Made by a program: the position numbers and the translations under genes. A stretch of 32,614 bases of DNA from an uncultured Ruminococcus sp. (GTDB lineage Bacteria; Bacillota; Clostridia; Oscillospirales; CAG-272), in contig CADBFJ010000001.1 in NCBI GenBank assembly GCA_902793915.1, forward strand, positions 1 through 32,614. Reading direction: 5' to 3'. How positions within the stretch are numbered: the first letter of the stretch is position 1; every line of letters begins with the position of its first letter. The notes below the pieces were generated by a model. That model did no database searches and had not been told where the DNA came from. It was given only the letters and a program-made list of their open reading frames with translations. Positions 1 to 8,225 of this stretch are shown in pieces.

Positions 1-552
1 CTCTTCCCGGGATTTGTCGCGGGCATTCTGCTCGCCGCGATCATCGCCGCCGCTATGAGCACGGCGGATTCGCAGCTCCTTGTGGCTTCTGCCTCCTTTA
101 CGAGCGACATTTACCAGCCGATCATCCGCAAGAACAAAGCCTCCGACAAAGAGACCATCTGGGTCGGCAGAATCGTCGTGGCGCTGGTCTCCGTGGTCGC
201 TTTCATCATCGCCTCCTCGGGTATCGGCAAAGCGAACTCCTGGGCAAGCAGCATCATGAACATGGTTGAAAACGCCTGGGGTATCTTCGGCGCCGCTTTC
301 GGCCCTGTCGTGATCCTCTCGCTCTTCTGGCGCAGATTCAACTATGCGGGCGCGATGTCCGGCATCATCGCGGGCGCTGTGACCGATATTCTCTGGCTCA
401 TCTTCCTCACCGGCAAGACCGGCATCTACGAGATCGTTCCGGGCTTTGCCGTGGGTCTTATCGTCTCTGTCGTCGTCACGCTTTGCACCAAAGCACCGGG
501 TGAAGAAGTCACCGCGATCTTCGATGCTGCCTCGGCAAAAGAAAACGAATAA
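1..552 (+). CDS. putP: Sodium:solute (proline) symporter, C-terminal part, 5'-truncated by the window
   Basis: Open frame from position 1. SSS-family motifs ILLAAIIAAAMSTADSQLLVASA and AWGIFGAAFGPVVILSLFWRR, plus IYEIVPGF; stop TAA at 550-552. Confidence 0.85.
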   Translation, partial: LFPGFVAGILLAAIIAAAMSTADSQLLVASASFTSDIYQPIIRKNKASDKETIWVGRIVVALVSVVAFIIASSGIGKANSWASSIMNMVENAWGIFGAAFGPVVILSLFWRRFNYAGAMSGIIAGAVTDILWLIFLTGKTGIYEIVPGFAVGLIVSVVVTLCTKAPGEEVTAIFDAASAKENE

Positions 553-566
553 TTCCCACACTTTTT

Positions 567-608
567 CAAAAGAGGGAACCGGTTAAAAAATCGGTTTCCC
601 TTTTTTTG
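567..608 (+). terminator. Intrinsic terminator after putP
   Basis: AAAAGAGGGAACCGG...TCGGTTTCCC stem followed by TTTTTTT. Confidence 0.75.
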
Positions 609-611
609 TCA

Positions 612-640
612 TTGACAAAGTTCTGTTTTCATATTATAAT
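612..640 (+). promoter_or_regulatory. Sigma-A promoter of the rnf operon
   Basis: TTGACA (612-617), 17 bp, TATAAT (635-640): perfect consensus. Confidence 0.9.
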
Positions 641-653
641 AAAATGTGTACTT

Positions 654-671
654 TTGTGAATTGACCAACAA
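654..671. promoter_or_regulatory. Candidate Rex operator
   Basis: TTGTGAATTGACCAACAA versus Rex consensus TTGT(G/T)AA-N4-TT(C/A)ACAA (2 mismatches); lies just downstream of the predicted transcription start of a redox operon. Confidence 0.5.
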
Positions 672-704
672 TGCACAAGCTCTTTCAAAAAAGAGAGGAA
701 AAAG

Positions 705-2027
705 ATGAAAAAATTTACTTTTCGAGGCGGAACGCATGTGCGCGAACACAAGCAGACCGCCAGCATTCCCGCAACCAGACTTCCCGAACCTGCATTTGTT
801 TCGGTGCCGCTGTCCCAGCACATCGGCGTGCCGGCAAAACCGGTCGTCTCTCCCGGGGATCATGTGGACATCGGCACGGTGATCGGCACGGTGGAAACCG
901 GGCTTGGTTGTCCTGTCCATTCGAGCGTTTCGGGAACCGTCAAAGAGATCTCTTCCTACAACAACGCGCAGGGACAGCCGATTCAAAGCGTCGTGATTGA
1001 AAACGACGGGCTTCGTACCAGAGCCGAAAGCGTTGTTCCTCCCGGGATCAAACTCGAGGACGCCACGCCCGAACAGATCATTGAGATCGTCAAAAATGCC
1101 GGCATCAGCGGTCTTGGCGGCGCGACTTTTCCCACCTATGCCAAGATTCAGAGCGCCATCGGCAAGGTCGATACGGTCATGATCAACTGTGCCGAGTGCG
1201 AGCCTTACATCACCGCCAACCACCGACTGCTCCTCGAGCGCGGCGAAAACGTCGTGGAAGGCTTGGAGATTCTCATGCACGCGCTAAACGTCAAAGAGGG
1301 GATCCTTGCCATTGAGGACAACAAGATGGACGCCGTAAAAGAAATGGAGTCGATCTTGAAAGCCCGCGGCAAAGAGGGGCTGCGCGTCGCGGTCATGAGG
1401 ACCAAATATCCCCAGGGTGACGAGCGCCAGCTCATCTACGCCGTAACCGGCAGGGAAGTGCCCGCAGGGAAGCTGCCCGCCGACGTTGGATGCCTCATTG
1501 TCAATGCCGAGACATCCTGCGCGATCTCCCGCGCATTCTATCGCGGCATTCCGCTCGTCAGCCGCATCGTGACGGTTGAGGGCGACTGCGTGAAGCACCC
1601 GAGAAACGTCCGTGCCCCGCTCGGCGCTTCCTATATGGATCTCATCAACTTCTGCGGCGGCTTTGTCAAAGAGCCGAAGAAGATCATCTCGGGCGGCCCC
1701 ATGATGGGACAGGCGCAGTGGGATTTTAACGCCCCTGTTACCAAGGGCACGTCGGCGATCCTCGCGTTTTCCGAGGAGCACGACAGGATCAACACGATCC
1801 ACACCGCCTGCATCCATTGCGGGATGTGCGTACATCATTGCCCGATGCACCTCATGCCCAATTATCTTGCCGAATACGCGCACGAGAAGCGCTATGACGA
1901 AGCCGAAAAGCTCAACGTCATGAGCTGCGTGGAGTGCGGCACTTGTTCCTATAACTGCCCTGCGGGCGTCCAGATCGTGCAACAGATCCGTGTTGCCAAG
2001 GGCGTCCTGCGCGCAAAGAAACGATAA
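705..2027 (+). CDS. rnfC: Rnf electron transport complex subunit C
   Basis: FRGGTH, VPLSQHIGVPAKP, PVHSSVSG, GISGLGGATFPT, INCAECEPY, KYPQGDERQL; two 4Fe-4S motifs CIHCGMC...CP and CVECGTC...CP. Confidence 0.96.
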   Translation: MKKFTFRGGTHVREHKQTASIPATRLPEPAFVSVPLSQHIGVPAKPVVSPGDHVDIGTVIGTVETGLGCPVHSSVSGTVKEISSYNNAQGQPIQSVVIENDGLRTRAESVVPPGIKLEDATPEQIIEIVKNAGISGLGGATFPTYAKIQSAIGKVDTVMINCAECEPYITANHRLLLERGENVVEGLEILMHALNVKEGILAIEDNKMDAVKEMESILKARGKEGLRVAVMRTKYPQGDERQLIYAVTGREVPAGKLPADVGCLIVNAETSCAISRAFYRGIPLVSRIVTVEGDCVKHPRNVRAPLGASYMDLINFCGGFVKEPKKIISGGPMMGQAQWDFNAPVTKGTSAILAFSEEHDRINTIHTACIHCGMCVHHCPMHLMPNYLAEYAHEKRYDEAEKLNVMSCVECGTCSYNCPAGVQIVQQIRVAKGVLRAKKR

Positions 2028-2039
2028 GGAGGGGAAACC

Positions 2040-3026
2040 ATGGATCAGAACACCGATCTTACCAACAAACTGTTGACCGTTTCTCCTTCCCCCCACATTC
2101 ACAGGCATGGGCTTTCCACGGCGTCGGTCATGAAAGACGTTTTTGTCGCTCTTTTGCCCGCCGCCATTTGGGGTTGCTACGTGTTCGGGTGGCGCGCCGC
2201 TGTGGTGTTGCTCCTTTCTGTCGTGTCTTCGGTCGCGTTTGAAGCGCTGACCGAGATCCTGCTTCGCCGCACGGTCACGATCAGCGATTGCTCTGCGGCG
2301 GTTACGGGACTGCTCCTCGGCATGAACCTGCCCTCGTCGGTTCCGTTCTATATCCCGGTGCTCGGCTCGGCGTTTGCCATCATCGTGGTCAAACAGCTCT
2401 TCGGCGGCATCGGCAAAAACGTGATGAACCCCGCGCTTGCCGCGCGCGTCTTCCTCATGCTCTCGTTCACCGAGAAAATGACAAACTACTACGCGCCTTT
2501 TGACGCGGTCGCGTCGGCTACGCCGCTCGCGTCTCTCAAAACCGGCGCTCTTCCCGAAGGTACGACGCTGTGGAACCTGTTTTTCGGGCAGATCGGCGGG
2601 TGCGTAGGCGAAGTTTCGGCATTGCTTCTCATCGTCGGCGGCGCATATCTGCTCTTCCGCCGCGTGATCCGTTGGCAGATCCCGGTTGCCTTCCTCGGCA
2701 CGGTGGCGCTTCTGACCTTCCTCTTCCCAAGAGGCGATATGGGACGGCTCGACTTTATGCTCGCGTCGCTTCTTTCGGGCGGACTGCTCCTCGGCGCGAT
2801 CTTTATGGCGACCGACTACGTGACATCGCCCGTGACCCCTTGGGGTCGGGTGATCTTTGGCGTCGGGTGCGGTGCGCTTGTCGTGTTCCTGCGCTATTTC
2901 TCGGGAATGAACGAAGGCGTTTCCTTCGCAATCCTCATTATGAATGCTCTCGTCTGGTATCTCGATCAGGCGACCATGCCGCGCGTCTACGGAAAAGCGC
3001 GGCACGAGAAGAAGCAGAAGTCGTAA
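2040..3026 (+). CDS. rnfD: Rnf complex subunit D
   Basis: SPSPHIH, KQLFGGIGKNVMNPA, FMN-attachment DAVASATPL, GCVGEVS, FMATDYVTSP; RBS GGAGG. Confidence 0.96.
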   Translation: MDQNTDLTNKLLTVSPSPHIHRHGLSTASVMKDVFVALLPAAIWGCYVFGWRAAVVLLLSVVSSVAFEALTEILLRRTVTISDCSAAVTGLLLGMNLPSSVPFYIPVLGSAFAIIVVKQLFGGIGKNVMNPALAARVFLMLSFTEKMTNYYAPFDAVASATPLASLKTGALPEGTTLWNLFFGQIGGCVGEVSALLLIVGGAYLLFRRVIRWQIPVAFLGTVALLTFLFPRGDMGRLDFMLASLLSGGLLLGAIFMATDYVTSPVTPWGRVIFGVGCGALVVFLRYFSGMNEGVSFAILIMNALVWYLDQATMPRVYGKARHEKKQKS

Positions 3027-3036
3027 GGAGGGCACT

Positions 3037-3552
3037 ATGGGAAAAAACGTGAAGAGCATTTTTGTCGTAGGGCTGAAACTCCTTCTCATCTGCGCCGTGG
3101 TGGCGGGCGTCGTTTCGTTCGTCTATACGGTGACCGAGAAACCCTATCAAGCAAACATCGACAGCACCAAGCGCGAAGCTGTGGAGACCATCTTCGGCGA
3201 GAGCGGTTTGACCTTGACCGAGCTTGACACCGACGTTTACAAGGTCGAAAAGGGCGGTGCGCTCAAAGGCTACTGCGCCAAAGGCGTTGGCGTTGGCTTT
3301 AACGGCGACATTGAACTGATGGTCGGTTACGATCAGAGCTTTACCGTCATCGGTGTGAGTATCGTTACAAACTCCGAAACGCCCGGCGTCGGTTCCCGCG
3401 CGCTCGAAGCAAGCTACCTGGAACGCTACAAGGGGCAGAGCGGCGAAGACGCGGACGTTGACGCGCTCTCGGGTGCGACCTATTCCTCAAGGGGCGTGAA
3501 GGCCGGCGTGAAGGATGCGACCGAACGCCTCATCCTGGCGCTTGGAAAGTAA
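3037..3552 (+). CDS. rnfG: Rnf complex subunit G
   Basis: ATG at 3037 after AAGGAGG; N-terminal TM helix, GFNGDI, SETPGVGS, FMN motif DALSGATYSS. Confidence 0.92.
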   Translation: MGKNVKSIFVVGLKLLLICAVVAGVVSFVYTVTEKPYQANIDSTKREAVETIFGESGLTLTELDTDVYKVEKGGALKGYCAKGVGVGFNGDIELMVGYDQSFTVIGVSIVTNSETPGVGSRALEASYLERYKGQSGEDADVDALSGATYSSRGVKAGVKDATERLILALGK

Positions 3553-3565
3553 GGGGGGTGCCGAA

Positions 3566-4237
3566 ATGAAGAATTTTTTGAAACAACTCAAAGAGGGGCT
3601 CCTCGACAATAACCCGACGCTCGTGCAACTGCTTGGAATGTGCCCGACGCTTGCAACCACAACCTCGGTCAAAAACGCGTTTGGCATGGGGCTTGCGACG
3701 ACTGCCGTGCTCATCTGCTCCAACCTCTTTATCTCGCTCCTTCGGAAGTTCATTCCGAAACAGGTGCGCATCGCCGCCTATATCGTGGTGATCTCGGGCT
3801 TTGTGACCGCAGTTGAACTGCTGATGCGTGCCTACTTCTATTCGCTCTACCAGTCATTGGGACTGTTTATCCCGCTCATCGTCGTCAACTGCATTATTCT
3901 CGCGCGCGCAGAAGCCTTTGCGTCTAAAAACAAGCCGCTTCCCAGCATTGTGGACGGCGTTTCGATGGGGCTTGGCTTTACACTCGCGCTCGCGCTCCTT
4001 GCGACGATCCGCGAACTCTTCGGTTCCGGCACGCTGTTTGGCTACCAAGTGATGCCGGATGCCTACGAGCCCATCACCGTTTTGATCCTGCCTGCCGGAG
4101 CATTCCTGACCCTCGGTTTTCTCATTGCCGTGGTGCAAAAGTTCCGCAACAATGCAGAGGATAAAAAACGGCTTGCCGAGATCCGCGAAAACCGCGATCA
4201 TGCAACCGCTGAAAGGAAGGAGGAAACTGAAGCATGA
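3566..4237 (+). CDS. rnfE: Rnf complex subunit E
   Basis: NNPTLVQLLGMCPTLA, LGLFIPLIVVNCIILARAEAFASKN; ATG at 3566 after GGGGGGTG. Confidence 0.96.
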   Translation: MKNFLKQLKEGLLDNNPTLVQLLGMCPTLATTTSVKNAFGMGLATTAVLICSNLFISLLRKFIPKQVRIAAYIVVISGFVTAVELLMRAYFYSLYQSLGLFIPLIVVNCIILARAEAFASKNKPLPSIVDGVSMGLGFTLALALLATIRELFGSGTLFGYQVMPDAYEPITVLILPAGAFLTLGFLIAVVQKFRNNAEDKKRLAEIRENRDHATAERKEETEA

Positions 4238-4818
4238 CACTCGGTTCTGTTTTTCTCCTGATGTTCTCGGCGATCCTCGTCGAAAACTTCATTTTCTCCA
4301 AGTTCTACGGTTGCTGTCCTTTCCTCGGCGTTTCGGAACATCCCGATACCGCGCTTGGCATGGGCATGGCGGTCACCTTTGTGATGACCGTGTCCGGTGC
4401 CGCGACCTGGGCGGTCTATCACTATTTCCTCGCGCCCTTGCACCTTGAGTACCTTAAGACGGTGGCGTTCATTCTTGTGATCGCCGCGCTCGTGCAGTTC
4501 ATTGAGATGTTTTTGCACCGCTTTGTTCCGGCGCTTTACAGCGCGCTCGGCATCTATCTGCCGCTCATTACCACCAACTGCGCGGTGCTCAGCTCGGCGC
4601 TCCTCATCGTGCAAAAAGGCTACAACTTTGTGGAGGCAATCTGCTTCGGCTTTGCCGCGGCGCTCGGTTTTACCATGGCGATCGTGGTCTTTGCCGGCGT
4701 GCGTTCGCGCATGACCATGGCGGATCCGCCCAGAGCTTTCAAAGGCTTCCCGCTCACCCTGATCACGGCAGGACTCTTGGCCATGGCGTTCTCCTGCTTC
4801 TCGGGTGTGCAGTTTTAA
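4234..4818 (+). CDS. rnfA: Rnf complex subunit A
   Basis: GCCPFLGVS, GMGMAVTFVM, LGIYLPLITTNCAVL; ATGA overlap with rnfE. Confidence 0.96.
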   Translation: MTLGSVFLLMFSAILVENFIFSKFYGCCPFLGVSEHPDTALGMGMAVTFVMTVSGAATWAVYHYFLAPLHLEYLKTVAFILVIAALVQFIEMFLHRFVPALYSALGIYLPLITTNCAVLSSALLIVQKGYNFVEAICFGFAAALGFTMAIVVFAGVRSRMTMADPPRAFKGFPLTLITAGLLAMAFSCFSGVQF

Positions 4819-4830
4819 GGGGGTGGAACC

Positions 4831-5640
4831 ATGTTTGGTTTGTTTCAAGCCTCTCAAGTATTGATCCCGGTCGGCATTTTTGCCGCACTCGGCGTCGTTT
4901 TGGGACTCCTCCTTGCTTTCGCCTTTAAGATCTTTTCGGTCAAGACCGATGAAAGAGCAGAGAAGATTCTCGAATGTCTCCCCGGTGCCAACTGCGGCGG
5001 GTGCGGATATTCGGGTTGCTCGGGCTTTGCCAACGCGCTTGCCAAAGGCGAGGCAAAACCCGAATCCTGCCGTAGCTGCAAGCCCGAAGATCTTGCCAAG
5101 ATCGGTGAGATCCTCGGCGTTGAAGTCAAAGCCCAGGAACCGATCCGCGCGCACGTGATGTGCTCGGGCGATTGCAATACCGCAAAGCTTCTCTACAACT
5201 ATGAGGGCGTGCGCGATTGCTTTGCCGCCGCCCGCCTCGGTTGGGGAGGGAAGATGTGCCCCAACGGTTGCCTTGGGCTCGGCACCTGCGTCTCGGCTTG
5301 CCGCTTTGACGCGATCCACGTGGAGAACGGACTTGCCGTCGTCGATCCCGATAAGTGCACCGGATGCGGTGCTTGCTCCACGGTCTGTCCCAAGCAGATC
5401 ATTGCCATGATCCCGGTCTCGAGCGGTTACTTCGTGGCTTGCCACTCGGTAGAGAACGGCGCCAAGACGCGCAAGCAGTGCGCCGCCGGCTGTATCTCCT
5501 GCAAGATCTGCGAAAAGAATTGCCCGACAGGAGCCATCACGGTCAACGATTTCGTCGCTTCGATCGATCAAAGCAAATGCATAGGCTGCGGACTCTGCGC
5601 CTCCAAGTGCCCGAGAAAGATTATCAAGAAATTGCATTAA
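4831..5640 (+). CDS. rnfB: Rnf complex subunit B (polyferredoxin)
   Basis: N-terminal TM, LPGANCGGCGYSGC, multiple CxxCxxCxxxCP ferredoxin motifs; last gene of the CDGEAB order. Confidence 0.95.
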   Translation: MFGLFQASQVLIPVGIFAALGVVLGLLLAFAFKIFSVKTDERAEKILECLPGANCGGCGYSGCSGFANALAKGEAKPESCRSCKPEDLAKIGEILGVEVKAQEPIRAHVMCSGDCNTAKLLYNYEGVRDCFAAARLGWGGKMCPNGCLGLGTCVSACRFDAIHVENGLAVVDPDKCTGCGACSTVCPKQIIAMIPVSSGYFVACHSVENGAKTRKQCAAGCISCKICEKNCPTGAITVNDFVASIDQSKCIGCGLCASKCPRKIIKKLH

Positions 5641-5660
5641 AGGTTTTTGAGAAGAAAAGA

Positions 5661-5824
5661 TGCGGGAGGAACTTTTTGAAAAAAGGTTCCTCCCGCACCC
5701 TCTTCAAAAACTTTGAACGCATATAAAACGCTTGCCGGAATGATCGGCAAGCGTCTTTTCTTTTTGTTAAGTTTTTTGGAAGGGGTGCGGGGGAACCCCT
5801 TTTTTCAAAAAGGGTTCCCCCGCA
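5661..5824. repeat. REPIN-like pair of inverted palindromic repeats
   Basis: Copy 1 (5661-5714) reverse-complements to AAAGTTTTTGAAGAGGGTGCGGGAGGAACCTTTTTTCAAAAAGTTCCTCCCGCA, closely matching copy 2 (5769-5824) AAGTTTTTTGGAAGGGGTGCGGGGGAACCCCTTTTTTCAAAAAGGGTTCCCCCGCA. Each copy is itself a hairpin. Confidence 0.8.
5728..5765 (+). terminator. Intrinsic terminator for the rnf operon, possibly bidirectional
   Basis: ACGCTTGCCG-gaatgat-CGGCAAGCGT then CTTTTCTTTTT; preceded by AAAA. Confidence 0.7.
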
Positions 5825-5843
5825 TATCCTTCTTAATACCTTC

Positions 5844-6650
5844 TTATCCTCTCGTCTTACCGCCGGCGACGTTGAGCGTCACGCCGTCGATATATCCTGC
5901 CTTATCGCTTGCCATGAAAGCGACGGTGGTAGCGACCTCGGAGAGCTTGCCCGAGCGACCCATCGGCGTGGTATTGGTTTTCTTATAGCCCTCGCGGAGC
6001 TGTTCGACCGTGATGCCTCTGGTGTAGGCGAGCGCGCTCTCATAGGAGATCGTGCGCAGTCCGGTTGCTTCGAGGATACCGGGAGCGATGCCGACGACGC
6101 GGATGCCATGGCGGCCGAGTTCCTTTGCCCAGGAGCGAGTCAGGGCGTTGACGGCGGCCTTCGATGCGGCGTAGACGCTCTGTCCTTCGGAGCCTTCGAG
6201 ACCGCATTCGGACGACATATTGATAATCACGCCGCTCTTTTTTGCCTTCATGATGCGGGCAGCTTCCTGCGAGCAGAAGAAAAGACCTTTGAGGTTGACG
6301 TTCATGACCTTATCCCAGACGGCTTCGTCAAGTTCATACTTGCCGGCTTCGTCCACGAGCAGGCGCGGGATGTTGATGCCGGCGTTGTTGACCATGACGT
6401 CGACCGTGCCGAATTTTTTTACGATCGCTTCAAAAGCGGCTTTGACGCTTGCGAGCGAGGTAACGTCGGTTTTCACATAGAAGCAGTTGTCATTGGTAGC
6501 GCCCGGGAAAGCGGGAGCGTTCTCGGCAATGTCGCAAACGGCAACGCGTGCGCCGTCGGCAAGCAGTTCTTCCACCACGGCGTATCCGATGCCGCTGGCG
6601 CCGCCGGTGACGACGATCACTTTACCTGTCAGATTGAGCCAATTTTCCAT
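5844..6650 (-). CDS. srlD: SDR oxidoreductase, sorbitol-6-phosphate 2-dehydrogenase (GutD/SrlD type)
   Basis: TGGASGIG, NNAGINIPRLLVD, SECGLEGSEGQSVYAASK (YxxxK), APGILEATGLRT and C-terminal NVAGGKTRG, typical of the Firmicute S6P dehydrogenase subfamily. Confidence 0.8.
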   Translation of the reverse strand: MENWLNLTGKVIVVTGGASGIGYAVVEELLADGARVAVCDIAENAPAFPGATNDNCFYVKTDVTSLASVKAAFEAIVKKFGTVDVMVNNAGINIPRLLVDEAGKYELDEAVWDKVMNVNLKGLFFCSQEAARIMKAKKSGVIINMSSECGLEGSEGQSVYAASKAAVNALTRSWAKELGRHGIRVVGIAPGILEATGLRTISYESALAYTRGITVEQLREGYKKTNTTPMGRSGKLSEVATTVAFMASDKAGYIDGVTLNVAGGKTRG

Positions 6651-6701
6651 TGTAATGTTCCTCCGATTGTTCCATAAAATAGAGTTTTCTCAACGCCTTT
6701 C

Positions 6702-6731
6702 ATTGTATCACGCATGGAGCGTCCCTGTCAA
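6702..6731 (-). promoter_or_regulatory. Sigma-A promoter of srlD
   Basis: Minus strand TTGACA, 18 bp, TACAAT with extended TG. Confidence 0.65.
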
Positions 6732-6742
6732 GGCTTTGCAAC

Positions 6743-6785
6743 AAAAAAGCCGCCCGCAATTGCTTGCGGGCGACGCTTTTTTTTT
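6743..6785. terminator. Terminator after rpsR (bidirectional-looking)
   Basis: AAAAAAGC-CGCCCGCAA-ttgc-TTGCGGGCG-ac-GCTTTTTTTTT. Confidence 0.75.
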
Positions 6786-6787
6786 GA

Positions 6788-7057
6788 TTAGTCGGTAACG
6801 AAAGGAAGCAGAGCCATATTGCGTGCGCGTTTGATGGCAGTGTTGAGTTCCCGCTGGTGAACGGCGCAGGTGCCGGACACACGTCTGGGAAGGATCTTGC
6901 CGCGCTCGCTGATGAATTTGCGGAGCTTTGCGCTATCCTTATAGTCAATAAAATCCACTTTATCCGCGCAGAAGATGCAAACTTTTTTTCTTCTGCGGTT
7001 CTGGTTCATGGGGCGTGCGGGACGAGCCGCAACCTCGGTTTTGGTCGTGGTATCCAT
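6788..7057 (-). CDS. rpsR: 30S ribosomal protein S18
   Basis: [43 protein letters not shown]. Confidence 0.97.
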   Translation of the reverse strand: MDTTTKTEVAARPARPMNQNRRRKKVCIFCADKVDFIDYKDSAKLRKFISERGKILPRRVSGTCAVHQRELNTAIKRARNMALLPFVTD

Positions 7058-7094
7058 GATTGTTTCTCCTTGTCTAAAGATTTAAGCCGCTTCG

Positions 7095-7550
7095 TCAGAA
7101 GGGCAGGTCGTCGTCGGTCTTGAGCTCCTCGAACTTGGGCGCGGACGCCGGGGTAGAGGAGAAGGACGGCGCATTGTAACTTTCGGCGGCAGATCCGCCT
7201 TCGGATTTGCTGTCCACGAACATGGCTTCATCGGCGACCACTTCGGTAGCGTAGCGCTTTTGCCCCTGCTGATCCTGCCAGTTGCGGGTCTGGATCGAGC
7301 CGGTGACGCAAAGAGCCGAGCCTTTTCTGAAGTATTTGCTGATGAACTCTGCCGTTTGTCTCCAAGCCACCACGTTGATAAAGTCTGCGGTGGGCTGGTT
7401 CGAAGCAGCATCATTGCTTCTGCCCTGATAACGGCGGTTGATAGCCAGTGTGAAGGATACGACGGGAACGCCGCTTTGGGTTTGCTTCAGTTCGGGGTCC
7501 GCGGTCAGTCTGCCGCAAAGGACCACTTTGTTCAGGTTGAGACTGGACAT
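7095..7550 (-). CDS. ssb: Single-stranded DNA-binding protein
   Basis: LNKVVLCGRLTADPELK, ADFINVVAWR, C-terminal DDDLPF. Confidence 0.97.
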   Translation of the reverse strand: MSSLNLNKVVLCGRLTADPELKQTQSGVPVVSFTLAINRRYQGRSNDAASNQPTADFINVVAWRQTAEFISKYFRKGSALCVTGSIQTRNWQDQQGQKRYATEVVADEAMFVDSKSEGGSAAESYNAPSFSSTPASAPKFEELKTDDDLPF

Positions 7551-7584
7551 CTGAAAACTCCTCCTTCAAAAATTCGTGTTTGCC

Positions 7585-8019
7585 TTATTCCGCCGTCTCG
7601 GCAGGAGCGGCTTCTTCTGCGGGAACTTTTTCGACCGGGGCTTCTGCCTCGACCGGAGCGGCTTCCTCTTCAGCGGGGATCTCTTCGGCTACCACGGGAG
7701 CTTCTTTTGCTCTCTCGGCAGCGTCGTAATCCAGGCGAATGACCATTGCGCGCAGAATGCTTTCGTCAATGTTCATAAGCCGCTGAAGCTCGGTGGGGAA
7801 CTCCCCATCGCACTTGAAGGTGGCGACTGTGTAGAAACCTTCGTTCAGATCCTGGATCGGATACGCAAAACGACGTTTGCCCCACTCGTCAATCCGAATG
7901 ACTTCCGCATTGTCGGAAATCAGTTTTTCGAATTTGTCCACGGTCACTCTTGCGGCGTCTTCGCCGTTAGCAAGGCTGACAATGAACATCCCTTCGTAAG
8001 AATTGATCACTTTCTCCAT
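7585..8019 (-). CDS. rpsF: 30S ribosomal protein S6 with long acidic C-terminal tail
   Basis: Start MEKVINSYEGMFIV after GGAGGTG; IDEWGKRRFAYPI, EGFY, IDESILR; rpsF-ssb-rpsR synteny. Confidence 0.95.
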   Translation of the reverse strand: MEKVINSYEGMFIVSLANGEDAARVTVDKFEKLISDNAEVIRIDEWGKRRFAYPIQDLNEGFYTVATFKCDGEFPTELQRLMNIDESILRAMVIRLDYDAAERAKEAPVVAEEIPAEEEAAPVEAEAPVEKVPAEEAAPAETAE

Positions 8020-8026
8020 GTTTTTA

Positions 8027-8076
8027 CACCTCCCTATGGACTTTCGGCCACGCTGAAAAATTTGCGCGGCAGAGAG
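8027..8076 (-). ncRNA. S6:S18 ribosomal protein leader (autoregulatory cis-RNA)
   Basis: Minus strand CTCTCT-GCCGCGC...GCGTGGC-CG-AAAGT-CCA-T-AGGGAG-GTG: a stem that sequesters the SD with CCG/CCA in the internal loop, the known architecture of the rpsF leader. Confidence 0.75.
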
Positions 8077-8106
8077 ACGGACTGAAAAAGTCCGCATCAC
8101 TTTGGC

Positions 8107-8135
8107 ATTATAGCATCTTTTTCTTTTTCTGTCAA
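8107..8135 (-). promoter_or_regulatory. Sigma-A promoter of rpsF-ssb-rpsR
   Basis: Minus strand TTGACA, 17 bp, TATAAT with extended TG. Confidence 0.9.
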
Positions 8136-8171
8136 GAGATTTTTTTATTTTTCTTCTTTATCATAGAAAAC

Positions 8172-8200
8172 TTGCAAACGAGCGTAAAATCTGTTATAAT
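8172..8200 (+). promoter_or_regulatory. Sigma-A promoter of the MBL-SDR pair
   Basis: TTGCAA, 17 bp, TATAAT with extended TG. Confidence 0.75.
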
Positions 8201-8225
8201 GAAAACGAACGGAAGGAGGGGTGGT

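Noticed and set aside
1284-5637. Long minus-strand ORFs (601 aa, 479 aa) opposite rnf genes, and similar ones opposite era, mutS2, hflX and dnaG
   Set aside because: Same antisense-frame artefact; they fully overlap conserved genes and show no family motifs.
5661-5824. CRISPR array or IS ends
   Set aside because: Only two units, inverted rather than direct, with no spacer series, cas genes or transposase.
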